Of a stretch of 32,725 nucleotides of DNA, positions 26,690 to 32,725 are shown piece by piece (position 1 is the stretch's first letter; every line of letters begins with the position of its first letter). Location: contig CAWUKP010000001.1 of assembly GCA_963922975.1 (NCBI GenBank), positions 1 to 32,725 of the forward strand, in the 5' to 3' direction. This DNA is from an uncultured Spongiivirga sp. Lineage in GTDB: Bacteria > Bacteroidota > Bacteroidia > Flavobacteriales > Flavobacteriaceae. The position numbers and the translations under genes are program-made. The notes beneath the pieces are model-generated. The model searched no databases and was not told the DNA's origin. It was given only the letters and a program-made list of their open reading frames with translations.

Positions 26690-28468
26690 ATGCCCAAAAA
26701 ACTAGAACCCTTTTTAAGGCGCTTTCTGATTTGGAGATACAAGATCATCTCTAACAAGAATTTCATCTATATCTTCAGTGCGCTGGTGGGCTTTGCCTCT
26801 GGGTTGATTGCTGTGACCTTCAAGAATGTGACATTCTGGATTCAAAAAGTACTGGAAAAAGGCATCATTTTCTCTCAGATTTCCTATTTCATTCTGCCTG
26901 GTCTAGGCTTATTCATCGTCTATCTGCTCACTAGATTTGTACTGAAAGAACCTTCCAAACACGCCATCCCATCCATTTTGTATTCCTTGTCAAAAAAGGC
27001 AGGTTTGATGCGCGTCAAAAATATTTACATGCCGCTCATTACAGCTCCCATAACAGTAGGTTTCGGAGGTTCTGTGGGTTTGTTGGGGCCAGCCGTAGCT
27101 TCCAGCTCTGCGATGAGCTCCAACCTCAGCAAGCTCTTTCGCGTAGATGCCAAAACACGAACCTTGTTGATTGGTTGTGCCTCAGCAGCAGCGATTTCTT
27201 CCATTTTTAAATCGCCTATTGCCGGAATCATTTTTGCCATTGAAGTCTTCAGTTTAGACTTGACCTTTGTTTCGCTGATTCCGCTGTTATTAGCTTCGGT
27301 TTCCTCGGTGATAACCTCTTATTTCTTTTTAGGCGACGATGTTCTATTCGATTTTCAGATCAGTGAGAAATTCCAAATTCGAGATACCTTCTTTTTCATC
27401 CTCTTGGGAATCGGCACTGGAATCGCCTCTATCTACTTTAGTAAAATGTACTTTGGAATCGTCAAGCTTTTTGGCCGACTGAAAACTTCTTTCCAACGCT
27501 TATTGGTGGGTGGCGCAGCTATCGGAATCATGTTGTACTTCATACCTCCGCTCTACGGGGAAGGTTTTGGGTTCATTCGCAATCTGCTGGAGGGAAATGA
27601 TCTAGAGGCTTTAGGACGAACCCCCTTTGATGCTTTGATTGACAATTCCTGGGTAGTGATTGCGCTTTTATTTGGCATTACCGTATTCAAGGCTATTGCC
27701 ATGACCACCACCTTTGCGGCTGGAGGTTCCGGTGGTATTTTCATTCCAACGTTGGTGATGGGAAGTGCCTTAGGGAATGTGATTGGCAAAGTGATTAACA
27801 ATTTAGGTCTTGGATTTGAAGTTTCGGAGGCGAATTTTACACTGGTAGGAATGGCCGGACTCATTGCTGGGGTGCTGCACGCGCCGCTCACTGCGATCTT
27901 TTTGATTGCCGAAATCAGCGGTGGCTATGAATTGTTCATTCCGCTGATGTTGACCTCAGCCATTTCTTTCTTGATCACCAAGAACACACTTGACCATACA
28001 ATTTATACCAAGGAATTGGCCGAGCGTGGGGAGCTTCTCACCCACAACAAAGATCAAGCGGTATTGACCTTAATGCGCTTAGACGATGTAGTTGAAGATA
28101 GTTTTATTGCCATTGCTCCAGATTTGACCCTTGGTGAAATGCTGCATAATGCTGTCGCTAAATCATCGAGAAATCTATTTCCCGTGGTTAATGCGCAGGG
28201 TGATTTTGAAGGTGTCATCTTACTAGATGATATTCGAACCATCATGTTTGATACCAATATGCATGAAACCTTGCTAGTGAAAGATTTAATGCACGATGCG
28301 CCTGCACATATTCAGCACAATGACCATATGCAGGTGGTGATGAAAAAGTTTCAAGATAGCGGGGCTTGGAATTTGCCTGTGCTCAAACACGGAAAATATG
28401 CAGGCTTTGTATCGAAGTCTAAGTTGTTAACGGCCTACCGCCAGAAACTGATAAAATTCACGGGCTGA
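26690..28468 (+). CDS. CLC (voltage-gated chloride channel) family protein with a C-terminal CBS-domain pair; non-canonical selectivity-filter residues
   Basis: 592 aa. The CLC motifs recognisable by eye are GLLGP (the GREGP position), GGIFIPT (GxFxP) and LIAEISGGYELFIP (the Tyr motif). The C-terminal tandem CBS region is approximately residues 455-590. Confidence 0.9.
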   Translation: MPKKLEPFLRRFLIWRYKIISNKNFIYIFSALVGFASGLIAVTFKNVTFWIQKVLEKGIIFSQISYFILPGLGLFIVYLLTRFVLKEPSKHAIPSILYSLSKKAGLMRVKNIYMPLITAPITVGFGGSVGLLGPAVASSSAMSSNLSKLFRVDAKTRTLLIGCASAAAISSIFKSPIAGIIFAIEVFSLDLTFVSLIPLLLASVSSVITSYFFLGDDVLFDFQISEKFQIRDTFFFILLGIGTGIASIYFSKMYFGIVKLFGRLKTSFQRLLVGGAAIGIMLYFIPPLYGEGFGFIRNLLEGNDLEALGRTPFDALIDNSWVVIALLFGITVFKAIAMTTTFAAGGSGGIFIPTLVMGSALGNVIGKVINNLGLGFEVSEANFTLVGMAGLIAGVLHAPLTAIFLIAEISGGYELFIPLMLTSAISFLITKNTLDHTIYTKELAERGELLTHNKDQAVLTLMRLDDVVEDSFIAIAPDLTLGEMLHNAVAKSSRNLFPVVNAQGDFEGVILLDDIRTIMFDTNMHETLLVKDLMHDAPAHIQHNDHMQVVMKKFQDSGAWNLPVLKHGKYAGFVSKSKLLTAYRQKLIKFTG

Positions 28469-28875
28469 TGGCTTCTCTCCAGTCGATCAAAAACATGCAC
28501 CTTTGGGTTTCTGCTATCATTGTGATGATTGCAGCCTTGATCTACGGATCAAACCCAGAGGTTGTTATTCCGTACTTTCTGGATTTTACCCCGCAATCGC
28601 TGGATGAGAAAAATATCCTTCGCGCCCTCATGGGATTGTACTTTGGACTTGCCATCTTTTGGATACTCGGGACTCGTAAACCTCGATTTTGGGAATCGGC
28701 TACCCTAGTGAATGTACTCTTCATGGGCGGACTCATTTTTGGGCGTGTGTTGAGCTATTTTTTAGATGGTGGTATTTCAACAGATTACTTGATTGGAACA
28801 CTAGGAGAGCTCATTTTAATGATTTGGGGTATTTTTAATCTGAACTATTACAAAGTGACCAAGCCATCGTTATGA
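28468..28875 (+). CDS. Hypothetical 4-TM membrane protein (DUF4345-like), translationally coupled to the CLC gene
   Basis: 135 aa with four hydrophobic segments. Its ATG overlaps the CLC stop (TGATG). The family assignment is from memory and tentative. Confidence 0.65.
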   Translation: MASLQSIKNMHLWVSAIIVMIAALIYGSNPEVVIPYFLDFTPQSLDEKNILRALMGLYFGLAIFWILGTRKPRFWESATLVNVLFMGGLIFGRVLSYFLDGGISTDYLIGTLGELILMIWGIFNLNYYKVTKPSL

Positions 28876-29114
28876 AACATTTCTTGCGCTTTCTGTTTAT
28901 CTGTATTGTGATTTCCATCGCTGTTGGATACTATGTAAGAACAGACGACTATACCACTGGAAATAAGATTATTGGTTTCACGGTCTTATTTGGCATTTTC
29001 ATTTTTATGCCACTCTTTCTATACCACCGTTGGAAAGGAAAAAACTACAAAGACTACATGCTTTCTGAGGAGAACTTTAAGAAAATGCGAGAAAAAGGCC
29101 CCAAGGAACCATAG
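28872..29114 (+). CDS. Hypothetical small 2-TM membrane protein with a charged C-terminal tail
   Basis: 80 aa: MKHFLRFLFICIVISIAVGYYV...IIGFTVLFGIFIFMPLFLYHRWKGKNYKDYMLSEENFKKMREKGPKEP. Its start overlaps the upstream stop (ATGA at 28872-28875). Confidence 0.6.
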   Translation: MKHFLRFLFICIVISIAVGYYVRTDDYTTGNKIIGFTVLFGIFIFMPLFLYHRWKGKNYKDYMLSEENFKKMREKGPKEP

Positions 29115-29208
29115 AATTCGTAATTCTCTGAATAAAAATTAGTTCGGAAGTCATTCGCCTTTAAATAAAACGTAACTTGCCACCTTTATTAATTACATTT
29201 TTATTACA

Positions 29209-29403
29209 ATGACAGGTACTGTTAAATTTTTCAATGAGTCTAAAGGTTACGGATTCATTACCAACGACGAAACCGGAAGAGACATCTTCGTGCACGTAAC
29301 GGCGCTAAATGGTGTTGAACTTAAAGACGGTGACAAAGTAGAATATCAAGAAGAAGAAGGCCGCAAAGGAATGGTTGCCACACAGGTATCCGTGATCGGC
29401 TAA
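29209..29403 (+). CDS. Cold-shock protein (CspA family, CSD)
   Basis: 64 aa: MTGTVKFFNESKGYGFITNDETGRDIFVHVTAL, containing the RNP1 (KGYGFI) and RNP2 (VFVH-like) motifs. Confidence 0.95.
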   Translation: MTGTVKFFNESKGYGFITNDETGRDIFVHVTALNGVELKDGDKVEYQEEEGRKGMVATQVSVIG

Positions 29404-29431
29404 CCGATATATTTATTTTGAAAACATTGAG

Positions 29432-29457
29432 AACCTCCTTTTTAGGAGGTTTTTTTA
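29432..29457 (+). terminator. Rho-independent terminator after the cold-shock gene
   Basis: Stem AACCTCCT / AGGAGGTT with loop TTTT, followed by a T-run. It abuts the convergent tadA stop at 29458. Confidence 0.75.
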
Positions 29458-29907
29458 TTAGTTCAAGTTTCGTTTCTCGATGAAGAAGCGCTTTAAAAGT
29501 TTCGCTGCTTCCTCCGCCAAAACACCTCCTTCTACAACAGTTTTAGGATGCAAGCTTGTTCCCATGGTTTGATAGCCTCGCTGTTCATCTTTTGCTCCAT
29601 AAACAATTCGCGAAATCTGACTCCAATACAAGGCTCCGGCGCACATTTGACAGGGTTCAAGGGTTACATAGAGTGTACAATCTTGCAAATACTTTCCCCC
29701 TAGAAAATTAGCAGCAGACGTAATGGCCTGCATCTCGGCATGCGCAGTGACGTCATTTAAGGTTTCCGTTAGGTTATGCGCTTGAGCTATGATGCGCTGA
29801 TCTACCACGATCACCGCCCCCACGGGAATTTCTCCTTTTTCAAACGCCAACTCTGCCTGAAGCAGGGCTTTCTTCATAAAAAAGGTGTCGTCAAAAGGGT
29901 TTTCCAT
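29458..29907 (-). CDS. tadA: tRNA-specific adenosine deaminase
   Basis: CMP/dCMP-type zinc motifs HAEMQAI and PCQMCAGAL, at TadA size. The start is trimmed to the ATG at 29907, because position 29916 in the track is a TTG that would overlap the predicted -7 box. Confidence 0.88.
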   Translation of the reverse strand: MENPFDDTFFMKKALLQAELAFEKGEIPVGAVIVVDQRIIAQAHNLTETLNDVTAHAEMQAITSAANFLGGKYLQDCTLYVTLEPCQMCAGALYWSQISRIVYGAKDEQRGYQTMGTSLHPKTVVEGGVLAEEAAKLLKRFFIEKRNLN

Positions 29908-29913
29908 AGAAGT

Positions 29914-29921
29914 CAAAATTA
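29914..29921 (-). promoter_or_regulatory. Bacteroidota -7 promoter box (minus strand TAATTTTG), 6 nt upstream of the tadA ATG
   Basis: The plus-strand CAAAATTA is an exact TAnnTTTG on the minus strand. It sits back-to-back with the dxs box 13 bp away. Confidence 0.4.
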
Positions 29922-29934
29922 CAATTTCAAGGTG

Positions 29935-29942
29935 TACCTTTG
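29935..29942 (+). promoter_or_regulatory. Bacteroidota -7 promoter box, exact TACCTTTG, 5 nt upstream of the dxs ATG
   Basis: Exact TAnnTTTG; its final G is at 29942 and the ATG at 29948. Confidence 0.45.
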
Positions 29943-29947
29943 TCTAC

Positions 29948-31720
29948 ATGGGCCAAAAATTACTTGACCAAATTCAGAATGCTGCCGATTTGCGGAAGCT
30001 ACGGGTAGCGCAACTTCCTACCTTGGCCCAAGAACTTCGTGAATTTATTATTGAAATAGTGGCTACCAAAGAAGGACATTTGGGTGCCAGTTTGGGTGTG
30101 GTAGAATTGACCATCGCCCTTCACTACGTTTTTCAGACTCCAGAGGATTTGTTGGTCTGGGATGTGGGTCATCAGGCCTACGGTCACAAAATTTTAACTG
30201 GACGAAAGGAGGTCTTTGAAACCAATCGACAATTGCATGGTATCAGCGGATTTCCCAAAAGAGAAGAAAGTTCTTATGATACTTTTGGTGTAGGTCACAG
30301 CAGTACTGCAATTTCAGCTGCACTAGGCATGGCTATCGCTTCGAAACTTCAAAAGAACAAGCGCCAACATATTGCCGTGGTAGGCGATGCCAGCATAGCA
30401 AGTGGTATGGCCTTTGAAGCCTTGAACCACGCCGGTGTTTCAAATACCAATCTATTGGTCATTCTCAATGACAACGCCATTGGTATTGACCCCAGTGTTG
30501 GAGCTCTCAAGCAATACTTGACCAATGTGAAAAAAGGAGTTCAAAAAGATGAAAACCTTTTTGAGGCCTTAAACTTTACCTATACAGGGCCTATAAACGG
30601 ACACGATTTAAATGCGCTCATTGAGGTGCTGGAAACATTGAAACACATTGAAGGGCCTAAACTGCTGCATGTCATCACCACCAAAGGAAAAGGACTGCAG
30701 AAGGCAGAAGAAGATCAGGTACGGTATCACGCGCCGGGGAAGTTTGATAAGCATACGGGAGAGCTTACACCCAAAGGCAATGAGGTACTTCCGCCTAAAT
30801 TCCAGGATGTATTTGGACATACGCTGGTGGAGCTTGCGCGAAAAAATGAAAAAATTGTGGGGATCACTCCAGCCATGCCCACGGGTAGCTCGTTGAAATT
30901 TATGATGGAAGCCTTCCCTGAGCGGGCTTTTGATGTGGGTATCGCAGAGCAACACGCCGTTACCTTAGCAGCTGGGATGGCCACCCAAGGATTGATTCCA
31001 TTTTGCAATATCTATTCTACCTTCTTGCAGCGAGCCTATGATCAAGTAATTCACGATGTGGCACTGCAGAAGTTACCCGTAGTATTTTGTTTGGATCGAG
31101 CGGGCATAGTGGGCCAAGACGGTGCCACCCATCACGGAGTCTTTGATATGGCTTACTTGCGGAGCATTCCAAATCTCATCATTTGTGCGCCTAGAAACGC
31201 CATCGAATTGCGCAACATACTCTTCACTGCACAGCAAGGATTGGACCGCCCCATAGCCATAAGGTATCCGCGAGGAAGAGGTGAAATTTTAGATTGGCAA
31301 CAATCGTTTGCCTCCATCACCATAGGAAAAGGTGAACAGCTTCGGAAAGGGAGTCAACTTGCTGTAATTTCAGTGGGTACTATGGCTTCAAAGGTTTCGC
31401 AGGCCATCGAACTGCTAGAAGATTCCTCGCAAGTGGGGCATTACGATCTTCGCTTTGTAAAACCTCTGGATTCGGCCCTATTGCATGAGATCTTTTCACG
31501 GTATGAAAAGATTATCACTGTAGAAGATGGCGTCATCAAAGGCGGTGCTGGTAGTGCTATTCTTGAATTCGCAGCAAGGCATGGCTACCAACAATCCATT
31601 CAATGTTTAGGGATTCCCAATGCTTTTATCGAGCACGGACGTGTTGAAGAATTACATGAACTGGTAGGCCTTTCACCTGCACAAATTCAACAGACTATAC
31701 TTTCAAACTTGCACCCGTAA
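29948..31720 (+). CDS. dxs: 1-deoxy-D-xylulose-5-phosphate synthase
   Basis: The tracked ORF is trimmed to the ATG at 29948 (MGQKLLDQIQNAADLRKL...LAQELREFII), the canonical Dxs N-terminus. The TPP motif is GDASIASGMAFEALNHAG...LNDN. Transketolase pyrimidine-binding and C-terminal domains follow. Confidence 0.95.
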   Translation: MGQKLLDQIQNAADLRKLRVAQLPTLAQELREFIIEIVATKEGHLGASLGVVELTIALHYVFQTPEDLLVWDVGHQAYGHKILTGRKEVFETNRQLHGISGFPKREESSYDTFGVGHSSTAISAALGMAIASKLQKNKRQHIAVVGDASIASGMAFEALNHAGVSNTNLLVILNDNAIGIDPSVGALKQYLTNVKKGVQKDENLFEALNFTYTGPINGHDLNALIEVLETLKHIEGPKLLHVITTKGKGLQKAEEDQVRYHAPGKFDKHTGELTPKGNEVLPPKFQDVFGHTLVELARKNEKIVGITPAMPTGSSLKFMMEAFPERAFDVGIAEQHAVTLAAGMATQGLIPFCNIYSTFLQRAYDQVIHDVALQKLPVVFCLDRAGIVGQDGATHHGVFDMAYLRSIPNLIICAPRNAIELRNILFTAQQGLDRPIAIRYPRGRGEILDWQQSFASITIGKGEQLRKGSQLAVISVGTMASKVSQAIELLEDSSQVGHYDLRFVKPLDSALLHEIFSRYEKIITVEDGVIKGGAGSAILEFAARHGYQQSIQCLGIPNAFIEHGRVEELHELVGLSPAQIQQTILSNLHP

Positions 31721-32725
31721 TCGTATTGAACAATTGCAAAGCTTGTCCGTCGGATAGACTTGCCACATAACTACATGCATTCAATAGAAGGTCGTAATAC
31801 CCTCCCTTCACTGATCTGTATTTCTCAGGCAATGTGCGCAAAGTCAACTGATGGTAGTTAGAAGCGCGTTCTTCTTTGGTAGCTACAAGTGCCTCTGTAT
31901 ACGCATCTAGCAATTCTGAAAGAATGCGGTATCCTGCAATTTCCTTTTGTGTGACTTCCGAAGAACGATAAATATTGGCTACGCTTATTTTGATAATATC
32001 AGCGATCTGAGCCGAGTATTGACTTTTATCTAAAAGCGCTACGTTAAAGGTTCCGTTGAGAATGGCTACCTCATGGTTCATAAAAATAGTAACCGCTTCC
32101 TCAATCAGGACACCTATGGCTAACGCACGCAGATAGGCCAATCGATCTTCTTTCAAGGTCAACGCACTATACTTGTCGGCCTGAATTTTGTCTTTGACTA
32201 ACTTGATCAAGAACTCCAAAGCCATATCTTCCGAGATCAATCCTAGATTGATACCGTCTTCAAAATCGATAATGGTATAACAGATATCATCAGCTGCTTC
32301 CACTAAAAAGGTCAACGGATGCCTTGAAAAGCGCATCTCGTCGCCGCTTCCTGTGGATAAAAGCCCTAATTCTTGCGCAACTTCAGAGAAAAGTGCTTTC
32401 TCTGCCTGAAAGACTCCGAATTTTTTATCGGCGATATGGTTCGTTGGTTTCTTGGGAAGTGACTCTTTCGGATACTTCATGAAAGTACCCAGTGTAGCAT
32501 AGCTTAATCGTAATCCACCGATAATTCCAGTTCGCTGCTCGTTAAGCAATCGGAATCCGTTGGCGTTGCCTTCAAAATCACAAAGATCTTGATATTGTTT
32601 CGGTGTCAACACTTCCTTGTGCCGCTGACCATTTCCTGATGTAAAGAATTCGCCAATAGCTTTCTCTCCACTATGGCCAAAAGGTGGGTTTCCGATATCG
32701 TGAGCAAGTGCTGCGGCAGCGACAA
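31695..32725 (-). CDS. dgt: dGTPase-type deoxynucleoside triphosphate triphosphohydrolase (HD domain), 5' end outside the window
   Basis: The reverse frame stays open from the window edge: ..VAAAALAHDIGNPPFGHSGEKAIGEFF... (HD-domain motif). It continues through the tracked ORF 31695..32612, so the tracked start is an artefact. The last two window bases are a partial codon. Confidence 0.88.
   Translation of the reverse strand, partial: VAAAALAHDIGNPPFGHSGEKAIGEFFTSGNGQRHKEVLTPKQYQDLCDFEGNANGFRLLNEQRTGIIGGLRLSYATLGTFMKYPKESLPKKPTNHIADKKFGVFQAEKALFSEVAQELGLLSTGSGDEMRFSRHPLTFLVEAADDICYTIIDFEDGINLGLISEDMALEFLIKLVKDKIQADKYSALTLKEDRLAYLRALAIGVLIEEAVTIFMNHEVAILNGTFNVALLDKSQYSAQIADIIKISVANIYRSSEVTQKEIAGYRILSELLDAYTEALVATKEERASNYHQLTLRTLPEKYRSVKGGYYDLLLNACSYVASLSDGQALQLFNTITGASLKV

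Noticed and set aside
1-32725. Searched by eye for tRNA or rRNA genes, CRISPR repeat arrays, transposases, integrases, long repeats and obvious defence genes
   Set aside because: None were found. All long ORFs have ordinary housekeeping, transport or metabolic identities, and the intergenic spacers are short (mostly under 230 bp). The only T-loop-like string (GGTTCGAGT near 14941) lies inside the TolC coding frame with no cloverleaf context.
31695-32725. dGTPase as an anti-phage dNTP-depletion defence gene
   Set aside because: It sits among core genes (dxs, tadA, csp, aspS) with no mobile or defence neighbours. It looks like the housekeeping dgt-family copy common in Bacteroidota. The gene is also truncated by the window edge.

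Overview
The window reads as a Bacteroidota (Flavobacteriia-like) chromosomal segment. This is supported by a SusC/SusD pair, exact TAnnTTTG '-7' promoter boxes upstream of many starts, no Shine-Dalgarno sequences, and a FeoB-associated Cys-rich mini-protein. It is densely packed, with about 29 protein genes. I found no tRNA, rRNA, CRISPR array, transposase or integrase. Gene order: M1-type peptidase fragment (-), SCO1/SenC (+), feoA-feoB (+), small secreted HExxH protein (-), an untracked 48-aa FeoB-associated Cys-rich membrane protein (+), S9 peptidase (-), ZIP metal permease and DtxR/MntR-family repressor (-). Then follow a divergent TonB-dependent receptor, thioredoxin-fold protein and lycopene cyclase (+), polyprenyl synthase (-), and a TetR-TolC-MFP-RND efflux operon (+). 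The rest is a MORN-repeat protein (-), an orphan SusD/SusC pair (-), aspS (+), a CBS-domain CLC plus two small membrane proteins (+), a cold-shock protein (+), tadA (-), dxs (+) and a dGTPase fragment (-). Most of this is ordinary core genome, and I see no convincing defence island, mobile element or clearly novel multi-gene system. The observations most worth a second look are four. (1) A CLC homologue lacks both canonical glutamates and is translationally coupled to two small membrane proteins. (2) A perfect 13-bp inverted repeat with TTAG/CTAA half-sites sits in the divergent promoter between the DtxR-family repressor and the TonB-dependent receptor. (3) That receptor has a CxxC in its plug and is followed by a secreted CxxC thioredoxin-fold protein. 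(4) Several exact -7 promoter boxes lie 4-6 nt from start codons, which predicts leaderless mRNAs. All functional calls come from reading motifs by eye; no database search was run.
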